DNA of 40,702 bases from an uncultured Planctomycetia bacterium (GCA_964609315.1 CAZSRG010000003.1:2902-43603); one strand, 5' to 3'. Shown: positions 1 to 9,537, numbered from the stretch's first letter. Notes: a model not told the origin generated them from the letters alone. Made by a program: numbers and translations.

Positions 1-37
1 TTAAATACTTAACTAAAAAATCTTATCCTGCTCAGAG

Positions 38-259
38 TCATCCTTTTCCTATCAGAATCTTCTGCGCCATGCCTCTGCCTAAAGCAACCATATTTTTCTC
101 AACTTCAATTACAACCGGGCCGCGGCCGGAAGATATCATTCTAACAATACTGTCTTCCTTTATGCCTTTTAATAAAAGCTTATGCCTGATACCCCATCCT
201 CCTTTTATCCCCGCGATTCTGCCTGTTTCTCCTCTTGCTAACTCACTTAATAAATACAT
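38..259 (-). CDS. feoA: FeoA-family ferrous iron transport protein A
   Basis: 73-aa ORF with a FeoA-like small SH3-type sequence (ARGETGRIAGIKGG..RHKLLLKGI..VRMI). It lies downstream of a DtxR-family regulator and a palindromic operator. The expected feoB would fall beyond the window edge. Confidence 0.8.
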   Translation of the reverse strand: MYLLSELARGETGRIAGIKGGWGIRHKLLLKGIKEDSIVRMISSGRGPVVIEVEKNMVALGRGMAQKILIGKG

Positions 260-274
260 CTTTATTCCGCCTTT

Positions 275-307
275 ATCCCGTTGGAAAACAAAGCTTTCTA
301 ACGGGAT
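275..307 (-). other. 13-bp-stem hairpin in the feoA leader (ATCCCGTTGGAAA / TTTCTAACGGGAT, one G-T pair)
   Basis: Inverted repeat read directly from the sequence. The CCCGTTAGAAA-type arms recur at 33872-33937. Confidence 0.6.
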
Positions 308-374
308 TTACCGTTCTACCATTCTTCTGAGATAAAACGCCAGGTCAATATCCCAAAGTTTTGCTGGTAAAACT

Positions 375-394
375 ATGTTAGACTTCTCTAACAT
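375..394. promoter_or_regulatory. Putative DtxR-family operator upstream of feoA
   Basis: Perfect palindrome ATGTTAGA-CTTC-TCTAACAT. The arms are identical to those of the site at 942-961. It sits between the regulator stop (412) and the feoA start (259). Confidence 0.55.
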
Positions 395-411
395 TATCCC
401 CAAAAAAAATG

Positions 412-933
412 TTAATTAAGAGGCGTGCCCTTCTTTTTTGCAGCAATTACTTTACATTTGGGCTTCCTGCCGGTTCTTAGATAATAATCAAAATTCTTAA
501 GCCATTCCGGCTCACGGCCATTCAACCCTAATTCAGTAAACCTGATAAATTCTGTCAGCTTATGGAAAGTTTTAGAGCTGACCGCATGTTCCATCTTGCA
601 GGCATCTTCTACAGCAGTTTTTTCCCCTATTCTCAAAATCTTGACAAGAAACTTAACTAACACATTATGCCGCTTCAAAACACTCTCTGCTACCGTCTTC
701 CCATCCGGAGTCAATTCTATATATCCATACCGTTCATGAACAACAAGCCCTTTCTTAGAAAGAGTATTCAAAGCGCTTGTTACGCTTGAAGTCTTTACCT
801 TCAAAAAGCTGCCGATATTTTTTACCCTGGCAACCCCGTTTCTTTTTTTAGCGACAGCTATTGCCTCCAAATAATCTTCCATATTCGAACTTAATTTCTT
901 TTTCTTCATATTTATCCCGGAATATTTAGACAT
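412..933 (-). CDS. DtxR/MntR/IdeR-family metal-dependent transcriptional regulator
   Basis: N-terminal wHTH (MEDYLEAIAVA.., ARVKNIGSFLKVKTSSVTSALNTLSKKGLV) and a dimerisation/metal-site helix (RHNVLVKFLVKIL..AVEDACKMEH). The start is uncertain; the ATG at 909 or the MEDYLE Met are alternatives. Confidence 0.85.
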   Translation of the reverse strand: MSKYSGINMKKKKLSSNMEDYLEAIAVAKKRNGVARVKNIGSFLKVKTSSVTSALNTLSKKGLVVHERYGYIELTPDGKTVAESVLKRHNVLVKFLVKILRIGEKTAVEDACKMEHAVSSKTFHKLTEFIRFTELGLNGREPEWLKNFDYYLRTGRKPKCKVIAAKKKGTPLN

Positions 934-941
934 TCCTTTAT

Positions 942-961
942 ATGTTAGACAACTCTAACAT
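942..961. promoter_or_regulatory. Putative autoregulatory DtxR-family operator
   Basis: Perfect palindrome ATGTTAGA-CAAC-TCTAACAT overlapping the -10 of the promoter at 952-980. Confidence 0.6.
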
Positions 962-980
962 ATTGGCTTTATTCTGTCAA
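952..980 (-). promoter_or_regulatory. Sigma-70-type promoter of the DtxR-family gene
   Basis: On the minus strand: TTGACA (980-975), a 17-nt spacer, then TAGAGT (957-952). It lies about 20 nt upstream of the ORF start. Confidence 0.55.
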
Positions 981-1047
981 GCAAAATTTATAAAATCCTG
1001 AATGAAACAAAAGTGTTACAAACAGAAATGTTGCAAATGGGTTTTTT

Positions 1048-2550
1048 CTACATCCCTAAGGCATATTCAATAGCCACTAACTGGGCTTTTGCTTTGTTAA
1101 CAGTTTCAATATATTCTTTCTCCGGCTTGGAATCTAAGACTATTCCTCCTCCGGCCTGAACATAGGCTTTATTTTTCTCAACTACGATTGTCCGGATAAC
1201 AATAGCCGTATCTATGTTCCCGTTAAAAGAAAAATACCCCGCGCACCCGGCATAAATTCCCCGGGGAGATCGCTCCAACTCGTCTATTATCTGCATAGCT
1301 CTTATTTTAGGAGCTCCGGTTACAGTCCCGGCGGGAAAACAAGCCTTCAAAGCGGAAAACGAATTCATTCCCTTATCCAATTTCCCTTTGACTTCACTGA
1401 CAATATGCATTACATGAGAAAACCTCTCTACCTTCATAAACGAAGAAATGTTTACTTTTCCCCCTTCAGATACTCTGCCGATATCATTCCGTCCTAAATC
1501 AACAAGCATAATATGCTCAGCCTTTTCTTTAGGATCAGACAGCAGTTCTTTTTCTAAAGCTATGTCTTCCCGCTCATCCCTGCCCCTTCTTCTTGTCCCG
1601 GCGATAGGCCGAGTAATAACCGTATCTCCCTCACAACGCAAGAGCATCTCCGGAGAAGCTCCAATAACCTGTTTATCCGCGAAATTAAGATAATACATAT
1701 AAGGGGAAGGATTCAAAACCCTCAAATAACGGTAGATAAGAAAAGGATCTTTTTTATACCCTGTGGAAAATCTTTGGGAGGGGACAACCTGGATAATATC
1801 TCCCTTTTTTATATGCTCCTTAGCCCTTTTCACCAGCGAAGAAAATTCTTTTTTACTGAAGTTAGATTTAACTTTGACCTTCCGCCTTAAGAAATTAAGA
1901 GGATTCAAGGCTTTGCTCTTAGAAAAATAATCAATAAGATTGAGGAGGTTTTTCTTTTCTTCCCTATACAAAGAAGAGGCTTCCTCTATCTTTACCCTGG
2001 AAGGCAGGGAGACAAAAGAAACGGCTTTTACCTTTTTCTCTTTATGGTCAAAAATAAAAAAGTACTTGCAGAAAACAAACCTGCTCTCAGAATCCTCAAT
2101 CCTGTCTTGAAAATTGAGCACAGGTTCAAAAAAACGGACATTATCATAACCCAAATAACCTACAAATCCTCCGGAAAACCGCGTCCCCTTTACAGGATAA
2201 GCTTTAAATCTTTTCATCAGAAATCGCAGTTCGTCTAAAGGAGACAGAGGAGAAGAAAACTTGTCAACTTTCGATTTAATGAAATCAGTTATTTCAACAT
2301 TCCTGCCTTTACTGCTTAGAAGGAATAAAGGATTAAACCCCACAAAAGAAAAACGTGAGATTTTTTCTTCTCCTTCAACCGATTCTAAAAGAAAGCTGTA
2401 TTTTTTATCTTTAACTTTTTGGCAGAGCTGAATGGGCGTTATGAAGTCTCCCCCCAAATCCAAAGATAAAGGAATCAGGCTGTATCTTTTAACAGCTTTA
2501 AGAAACTTGTCCAAATTGGGAGTAATATTAAACTTATCCATAACTCTCAA
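1048..2550 (-). CDS. trpE: Anthranilate synthase component I
   Basis: Chorismate-utilising enzyme motifs [40 protein letters not shown] and [11 protein letters not shown]. The N-terminal LLES-X10-S feedback motif ([16 protein letters not shown]) favours TrpE over PabB. The start overlaps the hisI stop by 4 nt. Confidence 0.8.
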   Translation of the reverse strand: MRVMDKFNITPNLDKFLKAVKRYSLIPLSLDLGGDFITPIQLCQKVKDKKYSFLLESVEGEEKISRFSFVGFNPLFLLSSKGRNVEITDFIKSKVDKFSSPLSPLDELRFLMKRFKAYPVKGTRFSGGFVGYLGYDNVRFFEPVLNFQDRIEDSESRFVFCKYFFIFDHKEKKVKAVSFVSLPSRVKIEEASSLYREEKKNLLNLIDYFSKSKALNPLNFLRRKVKVKSNFSKKEFSSLVKRAKEHIKKGDIIQVVPSQRFSTGYKKDPFLIYRYLRVLNPSPYMYYLNFADKQVIGASPEMLLRCEGDTVITRPIAGTRRRGRDEREDIALEKELLSDPKEKAEHIMLVDLGRNDIGRVSEGGKVNISSFMKVERFSHVMHIVSEVKGKLDKGMNSFSALKACFPAGTVTGAPKIRAMQIIDELERSPRGIYAGCAGYFSFNGNIDTAIVIRTIVVEKNKAYVQAGGGIVLDSKPEKEYIETVNKAKAQLVAIEYALGM

Positions 2551-2888
2551 ACAATCTTACGAAAAAAACAGCTCCTGTTTCCGGTATGGCAGGCTGGGCC
2601 TGTCTGATTAACTTCAATTAAAAGGGTATCTTTATCACAGTCATAAGAAATACTCTTAACTATCTGAATATGGCCGGAAGTCTCTCCTTTCCGCCATAAA
2701 ACCCGGCGCGACCGGGAATAAAAACAGGTCCTTCCCTCTTTAAGCGTTATTTTCAAAGATTCCTCGTTCATATAAGCCAACATTAAAACATCCTTAGTCT
2801 CATAATCCTGGACAATCGCCGGAATCAGGCCTCTGCTGTCGTACTTCAACTCTGAAACAATATTCAATCCTGTATTATCACTCATCAT
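2547..2888 (-). CDS. hisI: Phosphoribosyl-AMP cyclohydrolase (monofunctional)
   Basis: 113 aa with [26 protein letters not shown] and the Cys-rich [26 protein letters not shown] motif. There is no HisE domain. Confidence 0.9.
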   Translation of the reverse strand: MMSDNTGLNIVSELKYDSRGLIPAIVQDYETKDVLMLAYMNEESLKITLKEGRTCFYSRSRRVLWRKGETSGHIQIVKSISYDCDKDTLLIEVNQTGPACHTGNRSCFFRKIV

Positions 2889-3607
2889 TTTCCTCCCTTA
2901 AAATTGGAAAAGGCCTGCTTCAAATCAAGGCTCCCCTCATAAAAAGCTTTCCCCACAATAACTCCCCAAATCCCCAAACTATCCAACTTCTCAATATCCT
3001 CAATTCCCTTAACTCCTCCGGAAGCTACGATATTTAAAGAAAGAAAATTATTCAATCCGCTCACTGCCTGATAATTAGCCCCTTCTAATGTCCCGTCTCT
3101 TGAAACATCGGTATAAACTATCCATCTAAGCCCTGATGCCTCCATATCTTTAAGAAAAGAAGTCAAATCTATATCTGATGTTTCTTGCCATCCTCTTATC
3201 AAAGGCCGGCCGTTCTTAACATCAACTCCTAAAACAATTTTATCGGGATAATCGGTTAGTAAAGATTTAAAAAAAACTTTATCCTCAAAAGCTTTTGTCC
3301 CTAAAATAACCTTGTCAGCTCCCGCGTCAATAAGATATTCAGCCTTTTCCCTCAACCTAATTCCCCCTCCTATCTCAACTTTTAGGCCGGTAGCAGATAT
3401 TATTTTCTCAATTACTTTAAGGTTATCACCCCTATTAAATGCCGCGTCTAAATCTATCAGGTGAAGATACTCGGCTCCTATCTGTTCAAAATGTTTGGCT
3501 AAATCGAGAGGCTTGTCAGGATAGATTTTCTTTTCATTCAACTTTCCCTGCCTTAAACGGACAGTTTTCCCTTCAATCAAATCAATGGCAGGAATAACCT
3601 GAATCAT
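2885..3607 (-). CDS. hisA: ProFAR isomerase
   Basis: 240 aa with [27 protein letters not shown] and SGGV, typical of the HisA (beta/alpha)8 barrel. It overlaps hisB and hisI by 4 nt each. Confidence 0.9.
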   Translation of the reverse strand: MIQVIPAIDLIEGKTVRLRQGKLNEKKIYPDKPLDLAKHFEQIGAEYLHLIDLDAAFNRGDNLKVIEKIISATGLKVEIGGGIRLREKAEYLIDAGADKVILGTKAFEDKVFFKSLLTDYPDKIVLGVDVKNGRPLIRGWQETSDIDLTSFLKDMEASGLRWIVYTDVSRDGTLEGANYQAVSGLNNFLSLNIVASGGVKGIEDIEKLDSLGIWGVIVGKAFYEGSLDLKQAFSNFKGGK

Positions 3608-4188
3608 AACTTGCCTTTAGTGGTGGGCAGGCCTTCCTTCCTTGAGTCAATAAGAAGAGCCTCATCAAGAGCTAAACCTAAGGCCTTAAAACAACATTCT
3701 AAAATATGGTGGAAATCCTCTCCTTTAAGAATATCAATGTGAAGAGTAACCGGAAAAGAATTTATAAATGCCCGCAGGAACTGCTTGAAATAATTGTAGG
3801 AATACCCTTCGGCCTTCAGCCTTAATCTCTTGGGAGTAATATCTATATACGGCCTGCCGTTTACATCAATTACAACCTTAGCCTGAGCTTCATCCAACAC
3901 TACAAAACTTGACGCGAACCGCCTGATCCTTTTCTTATCACCTATGGCTTTGTTAAAGGCTTCGCCTAAAGTAATACCCGCATCCTCATTAGTATGGTGA
4001 ATATCAATCTCTAAATCGCCTTTTGCCTTAAGCCGTAAATCAAACAGTCCGTGCTTAGCCGTCAAAGAAAGCATATGGTCTAAAAATCCTATCCCTGTAG
4101 AAATGCTCTGCCTGCCGGCCCCGTCAAGATTCAAACTAACTTCAATTTTGGTCTCTTTTGTCTTTCTGACTACCTTAGCTTTTCTCAT
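3604..4188 (-). CDS. hisB: Imidazoleglycerol-phosphate dehydratase
   Basis: Motifs RKTKETKIEVSLNLDG, GFLDHML, DIHHTNEDAGITLG and GEDFHHILECCFKA. I moved the start to the ATG at 4188, which is preceded by AGGAGG 6 nt upstream. The longer track ORF (to 4251) overlaps the toxin gene. Confidence 0.9.
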   Translation of the reverse strand: MRKAKVVRKTKETKIEVSLNLDGAGRQSISTGIGFLDHMLSLTAKHGLFDLRLKAKGDLEIDIHHTNEDAGITLGEAFNKAIGDKKRIRRFASSFVVLDEAQAKVVIDVNGRPYIDITPKRLRLKAEGYSYNYFKQFLRAFINSFPVTLHIDILKGEDFHHILECCFKALGLALDEALLIDSRKEGLPTTKGKL

Positions 4189-4247
4189 AATACCCCTCCT
4201 CAATGCGTCATTCGCTATTTGCCGTTTACTATTAGCCATCCGCCGTT

Positions 4248-4559
4248 TCACAGAGATAAAGCAAATTTAATTGCCCTGTCAATCTGGTTAATTTTCTCTG
4301 TCTTTAAGACGCAGATTCTTTCTAAAAGCATGGCTTTTCTTATAGTAGTAATTGTATTAAGACTTACCACACATCCTTTGGGCAACCCATCTTTCTTATC
4401 TAAAGGGACTTCTACCGGAATATTACGAACCGTGGTTGTAACTTGAGCAATGGTTACGGCATTACACACGCTATAGGCCTCGTCACGAGAAAGTAAAACA
4501 ACAGGACGCCTGCCAATAGGATCAGGCTGTTTTGCCTACCAAACTTCGCCCCTCCTCAT
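4248..4559 (-). pseudogene. MazF/PemK-family toxin disrupted by an in-frame TAG at codon 8
   Basis: My minus-strand translation is MRRGEVW*AKQPDPIGRRPVVLLSRDEAYSVCNAVTIAQVTTTVRNIPVEVPL..GLPKGCVVSLNTITTI.., which has the PemK/MazF pattern. The ATG at 4559-4557 overlaps the antitoxin TGA (an ATGA junction). The amber codon is at 4538-4536. Confidence 0.7.
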
Positions 4560-4813
4560 TTCCAGCCATCCTCCTCAAATGCCTCAGCAGAAGCCCGTTC
4601 CATTGCCTTTATCTCTTCTAAACACTCCGGTTTTTTCTTGTAACCTTCCTCATACTGTCTTATCATTTTCTTGTCCTCTATGGCTTTGAGCCAAAAACGA
4701 ATTGCCGTATCAATAATTGTACTGCGCTGTATTCCTGATTTCTTTCTGATTTCTTCAATGCGATTAGAATCTTCCTTTGGCAATCTAATGGCTATCTTGG
4801 TTGTTTTAAGCAA
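4556..4813 (-). CDS. Ribbon-helix-helix (CopG-like) antitoxin
   Basis: 85 aa with an N-terminal RHH pattern (KIAIRLPKEDSNRIEEIRKKSGIQRSTIIDTAIRFWL). It uses a TTG start 7 nt after AGGAGG and is translationally coupled to the MazF-like ORF. Confidence 0.7.
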   Translation of the reverse strand: MLKTTKIAIRLPKEDSNRIEEIRKKSGIQRSTIIDTAIRFWLKAIEDKKMIRQYEEGYKKKPECLEEIKAMERASAEAFEEDGWK

Positions 4814-4828
4814 AATTTCTACCTCCTT

Positions 4829-4846
4829 TTCCTACCAAAGTAGGAA
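4829..4846. promoter_or_regulatory. Candidate antitoxin operator (TTCCTAC-CAAA-GTAGGAA)
   Basis: Perfect 7-bp inverted repeat immediately upstream of the antitoxin Shine-Dalgarno sequence. A possible promoter, TTGAAT-16-TAGTAT, lies just upstream on the minus strand. Confidence 0.3.
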
Positions 4847-5044
4847 CATTTTTCATACTATTTATCAACATGCTGAATTCAAAAAATATCTTCAAAAAAT
4901 TACGCTATAGCAGACTTTTTTGAGTAATACGAAGAAAAAACCGCTTAAAATCTTAAATTATTAATCTGAACTTCGCTCTACCTTAACTCTGTCCCACCGC
5001 GCAGGTGTATTAACCAATATCCAATATCCATTTGCCATTTGCCA

Positions 5045-6265
5045 TTAGAGCCTGACTTTAACGCTCTCAATATGCTTTGTCATCCCTTCTAACCCTGCTA
5101 TTTTTTCTAAAAAGTTGACGTCTTTAACTAAAGCTTTTTTGGAATAACTTACCACGTGCACACGTTTTAAAAAATCATAGACGCCTAACCCCGAAAAAAA
5201 CCGGGCAGTTTCAGAAGTAGGAAGGACATGGCTGGGCCCGGCTATATAATCCCCCAAAGGAACAGGAGAATAATCTCCTATAAAAATAGCTCCTGCATTA
5301 TGTATTTTCTTAACAAACCCCGAAGGGTTAGGAACCATTACTTCCAAATGTTCAGGGGCAAAATCATTTATAATGCCTGCCGCTTCATCAATATTCGCCG
5401 CCTTAACCAGATAAGAATTCGGAATATTAACCTTCTTCAGCTGGTTAAAAACCGGCTTGCTTAAAACAACAACTAAACCTATGCCTGACCTATGTTCAGT
5501 CTGGGCTTCTAAATCTTTGACAATATAATCCAAGTTAGCTTTCTTACCGGCAACAATGGCTATTTCTGAAGGCCCTGCCAGCATATCAATGCCGGTTGTG
5601 CCAAAGAGCTGGCGTTTAGCTTCAGTAACATACTCATTCCCCGGGCCAACAATCTTATCCACTCTCTTTATAGTATCGGTGCCTACTGCCAACCCTGCAA
5701 CAGCCTGAGCGCCTCCTACTTTATAAACCTCTTTAATCTTCAATATAGAAGCAACGGCTAAAATATAGGGATTTAAAAAACCTTTCTTATCAGGAGGAGA
5801 GGTTAAAACCAAATCCTTAACTCCGGCAACAATCGCCGGTATCGCGCACATATATACAGACGAAACCAAAGGCGCCTGCCCGCCGGGAATATATATCCCT
5901 ACCCTCTCCAAAGGAAGGAATTTCTCTTCGATTTTTCGGCCTTCATCGGTTTTAAGCTTAAAATTTTTAGGAAGCTGTTTTTTGTAAAACTTAAATACAT
6001 TGTCAATAGCCTCTTTAAGGGCTAAAATCATTGCAGAATCCAGCCCCTGAAAAGAAGCGTTTATTTCCCGTTCACTCACTTTTAAGTCCTTGACAGACAA
6101 CTTTACTTTGTCAAACTTGTTAGTATATTCCAGCAAAGCCTGGTCCCGCCTCTGCCGGACATTAGATATAATATCAGTTACTTTATTAACTACGCGTTTA
6201 TTCCGGCGGTTATTACGGTCAACCACTTTCTTAAAACTCCGGCAATTAGGCTTTATTACTTTCAT
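5045..6265 (-). CDS. hisD: Histidinol dehydrogenase
   Basis: Motifs GGAQAVAGLAVGT, GPGNEYVTEAK, AGPSE, APEHLE and GDYIAGPSHVLPT. The start is uncertain: 6265 (MKVIKP) or 6307. Confidence 0.9.
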   Translation of the reverse strand: MKVIKPNCRSFKKVVDRNNRRNKRVVNKVTDIISNVRQRRDQALLEYTNKFDKVKLSVKDLKVSEREINASFQGLDSAMILALKEAIDNVFKFYKKQLPKNFKLKTDEGRKIEEKFLPLERVGIYIPGGQAPLVSSVYMCAIPAIVAGVKDLVLTSPPDKKGFLNPYILAVASILKIKEVYKVGGAQAVAGLAVGTDTIKRVDKIVGPGNEYVTEAKRQLFGTTGIDMLAGPSEIAIVAGKKANLDYIVKDLEAQTEHRSGIGLVVVLSKPVFNQLKKVNIPNSYLVKAANIDEAAGIINDFAPEHLEVMVPNPSGFVKKIHNAGAIFIGDYSPVPLGDYIAGPSHVLPTSETARFFSGLGVYDFLKRVHVVSYSKKALVKDVNFLEKIAGLEGMTKHIESVKVRL

Positions 6266-6312
6266 ATCTTTACCATACTTCCAAGCCGTTGCTGCATTAT
6301 ATACCAACGACT

Positions 6313-6410
6313 GATTACAATGATTATCAGAAAATTACAACGATTGAAAAACATTGACAATTTTAATCTCCGTAATCAAATATTAATCGCCGCGATCAGG
6401 AACTGTTATC
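6313..6410. repeat. Shared spacer words GATTACAATGATT .. TTAATCGC .. CTGTTATC
   Basis: The same three words occur in the same order at 39148-39195. Confidence 0.5.
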
Positions 6411-6434
6411 CGCCAGGATGATAAGACAAGCATT

Positions 6435-9074
6435 TCATAACAGTTCCTTAATTATCTTCTCAGCTGAATCTTTAATGCTTTTAGAAGAGATATTTTTACT
6501 CTGTTTCATTCCGGCAAAACCGAAATCAGGCCTGCCCCCGCCTGAACCGCCAAACCCTAAGGAAATCTTTGAACAAGCTTCCTTGCAGGAAAAACCCTTA
6601 TCCGCCAAATCTTTAGTTGCCGCCATATTAAGGACAATCTTTTCTTCCCTGGACAGAAACCCGAGAAAAACCGATTTATCTTTCCGCCTTTTTCTCAAAA
6701 GGTCTAAACTCAGCCTCAAGAAATCAGGAAGGACGTTCTTCAATTCAAAGATATAGAGATTAACCCCATTCTTTAAAACATGCCCCGAAGACAATATCTT
6801 CTCTGATTCAGACTCTTCAAACAGTTTCCTGCGCAAATTAAACAATTCTTTATCATTCTGTTTATTCTTAGCAATAAGCTCCTGGATATAATCGTCTAAG
6901 CGGTCAGCCGGAACCTTTGCCGCACTGCTTAACACTCTAAGCCTCTCCCTGTAATTAACCGCCTGCTCAACCGCTTTTCTCCCTGTAACAGCTTCAATTC
7001 TCCGGACACCGCTGCTTATCGAAGACTCGCCCGCAACCATAAAAATCATAGCTTCAGAAGTACGTTCTAAATGAGTTCCTCCGCATAATTCTTTGCTCAC
7101 GCCTTCAACAACAACCATCCGGACCTTCTCCGAATATTTCTCTTCAAAAAAAGCTAAAGCTCCTTCTTTTTTAGCATCTTCAAACGATAGAGATATTTTA
7201 TTAACTCGAATATTCTCTGCTATCTTAGTATTTACTTCTTCTTCAACCAGCTTAATCTCCCTTGAATCTAAACCTTTAATATGGTTGAAATCGAACCTGA
7301 GAAAGTCTTCATCCACAAATGACCCCTGCTGCCGGACATGGCTGCCCAAAACCCTGCGTAAAGCCGCCTGAAGAAGATGAGTAGAAGTATGCGCCCTGGC
7401 TAAAGCCCTCCTTCTTTCTTTATTCACCAAAGCCTTAACCTTAAGGCCTTTTTTTAACTGCCCCCGCTTTATCCTCCCGATATGCAAAATAGCTTTATCT
7501 AACTTCTCTGCTTTATCAACAATAAAGACAAACTCATCTCCTCCATTATTTTCGATTACCCCTTTATCAGCCAATTGCCCTCCGGAAAGAGGGTAAAAAG
7601 AAGTCTTATCTAAAACCAAAGCAACAGTATCTCCACCGGAATAGCCATCAAGGACTTCTTCCCCCTTTAAAATATACTTAATAAACGCCTCCACCTCTAA
7701 ACAATCATACCCTGTAAACTCTGTAGAAACGCCTAAGTTAATACCTTTATCGGCAAAAACAGATTCGTCAAACCCGCTCTTTTTCCGGGAAAATTCTTTC
7801 TGCTCATTCAAAAGAGAATTAAACCCTTCTATATCAACCTTCAGGCCTTTTTCCCGGGCTATATTCTCAGTAAGTTCACAGGGAAAACCGTAAGTATCGT
7901 AAAGAAGAAATGAATCTTTACCTGAAATAGTATCCCTGCCTTTTTCAATAGCTGAATCAATATAAGAAAACAAAATTTCTTTCCCCTTTTTTAGGGTAGA
8001 AATAAACCTCTCTTCTTCAGAAAGAATAATCTTTGATATGGCCTCTTTGTTGTCAAATACTTCGGGATAAAAATCCTTGTATAAATCAGAAATTAAAGGG
8101 ACTAATTTATACAGAAAAGGCTTTTTCCTTCCCAGAGAAAAACCAAACCATAAAGCTCTCCGCAAAATCCTTCTTATGACATACCCCCGGCTTTCATTAG
8201 AAGGGTATACTCCGTCTGAAACCGCGAAAGTAACTGCCCTGATATGGTCAGAAACAGCATTAATTAACCTTGAATCATTTCCTTTTAGGATAAGGCTGAC
8301 TTCATCTACCAAAGGGATTAATACATCAATCCCGAAATTAGTCTCTTTCCCCTGAAGGACAGCGCTCATCCTTTCCAACCCCATACCTGTATCAATATTC
8401 TTTGAAGGGAGATCTTCAACTTTATTTACGCCTATCCGGTTAAACTGGGTAAAAACCAGGTTCCACACTTCAACAAACCTGCCGCAGCCGCAGGAAGGCG
8501 AACATCCCTTTCTCCCGCATCCTTTATCTTTTCCCCTGTCAAAATATATCTCTGAACAGGGCCCGCAGGGCCCGTCAGGGCCAACAACTAAAGCATTTGA
8601 AGGCCAGAAATTATCCTCAGCTCCTAACTTAATTATTTTTTCAGGAGAAACACCTATTGTCTCTTTCCAAATAAGATAAGCGTCTTTATCGTCATAATAT
8701 ACCGACACCCAAAGATCATCCGGTTTTAAATTAAGCTCTTTAGTTAAGAATTCCCAGGCTAAAAGGATGGCTTTTTCTTTGAAATAACCGCCGAAAGAGA
8801 AGTTTCCCAGCATCTCAAAGAAAGTATGATGATAAGATGTTTTCCCTACATTATCCAAATCACCTGTCCTGAGACATCTCTGACAGCTAACAGCCATATC
8901 AGTATCTTTTTTCCTGCCTAAGAAATAATCTTTAAACTGGTTCATCCCTGCAGAAGTGAACAAAAGAGTAGGGTCATCTTTAGGAACTAACGTATCCGAA
9001 GGAAAAACCTTATGCCCGTGAAACCTGAAGAATTCCAGAAATGTTTTACGCAATTCAGATGTCTTCATAATCAA
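6435..9074 (-). CDS. alaS: Alanine--tRNA ligase
   Basis: 879 aa with FTSAGMNQFK, HHTFFEMLGNFSFGGYF, the editing-domain motifs HTSTHLL and CGGTH, and a C-terminal DHHA1-like tail. Confidence 0.95.
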   Translation of the reverse strand: MIMKTSELRKTFLEFFRFHGHKVFPSDTLVPKDDPTLLFTSAGMNQFKDYFLGRKKDTDMAVSCQRCLRTGDLDNVGKTSYHHTFFEMLGNFSFGGYFKEKAILLAWEFLTKELNLKPDDLWVSVYYDDKDAYLIWKETIGVSPEKIIKLGAEDNFWPSNALVVGPDGPCGPCSEIYFDRGKDKGCGRKGCSPSCGCGRFVEVWNLVFTQFNRIGVNKVEDLPSKNIDTGMGLERMSAVLQGKETNFGIDVLIPLVDEVSLILKGNDSRLINAVSDHIRAVTFAVSDGVYPSNESRGYVIRRILRRALWFGFSLGRKKPFLYKLVPLISDLYKDFYPEVFDNKEAISKIILSEEERFISTLKKGKEILFSYIDSAIEKGRDTISGKDSFLLYDTYGFPCELTENIAREKGLKVDIEGFNSLLNEQKEFSRKKSGFDESVFADKGINLGVSTEFTGYDCLEVEAFIKYILKGEEVLDGYSGGDTVALVLDKTSFYPLSGGQLADKGVIENNGGDEFVFIVDKAEKLDKAILHIGRIKRGQLKKGLKVKALVNKERRRALARAHTSTHLLQAALRRVLGSHVRQQGSFVDEDFLRFDFNHIKGLDSREIKLVEEEVNTKIAENIRVNKISLSFEDAKKEGALAFFEEKYSEKVRMVVVEGVSKELCGGTHLERTSEAMIFMVAGESSISSGVRRIEAVTGRKAVEQAVNYRERLRVLSSAAKVPADRLDDYIQELIAKNKQNDKELFNLRRKLFEESESEKILSSGHVLKNGVNLYIFELKNVLPDFLRLSLDLLRKRRKDKSVFLGFLSREEKIVLNMAATKDLADKGFSCKEACSKISLGFGGSGGGRPDFGFAGMKQSKNISSKSIKDSAEKIIKELL

Positions 9075-9525
9075 GTTCTTCTAATACCCTGATAATATTT
9101 TTCCTGGCAAAACCTCTTCCCCCTAAATACTGAAAGAGCCTGCGTTTAGTATCCAATTTGCCTTTGTTTCTGTACCTCTTAACCCTTTTCTGAACAAGCG
9201 CCTCGATTATCCCCAGAGAATCAGTTTCTTTTCTAAAAAGGCTGATGCTTTCAAAAATTAAATCCCTATCAACCCCCTTTTCCCTCAACTCCTTTTCAAT
9301 TCGCACAAACCCGTACCCTGCCTCTATCCGGCTTTTAATCCAGAAACGGGCAAATTCACGGTCATTTAAAAACCCTGCTTGTTTTAACAGAGAAACAGCC
9401 TTCTTAATTGTCCCGGCAGGTATTTTCTTAATCTTTAACCTAAAAGAAAGTTCCTTCTCCGAGCGGGGCCTGAACTTAAGAAGCCGAAAAGAGATATTCT
9501 TTGCCTGCCTTAATTCTTTATCCAT
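9055..9525 (-). CDS. recX: RecA regulator RecX
   Basis: 156-aa helical-repeat protein with a RecX-like sequence (..LSFRLKIKKIP...FLNDREFARFWIKSR..). It overlaps alaS, matching the conserved recX-alaS linkage. Confidence 0.8.
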   Translation of the reverse strand: MDKELRQAKNISFRLLKFRPRSEKELSFRLKIKKIPAGTIKKAVSLLKQAGFLNDREFARFWIKSRIEAGYGFVRIEKELREKGVDRDLIFESISLFRKETDSLGIIEALVQKRVKRYRNKGKLDTKRRLFQYLGGRGFARKNIIRVLEELDYEDI

Positions 9526-9537
9526 AGAAAATCAGGC

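Noticed and set aside
4536-4538. TAG recoding or read-through in the MazF-like gene
   Set aside because: recA terminates with TAG (11162-11164) at the expected protein end, so TAG functions as a stop in this genome. I see no supporting context for recoding. Sequencing error remains possible.
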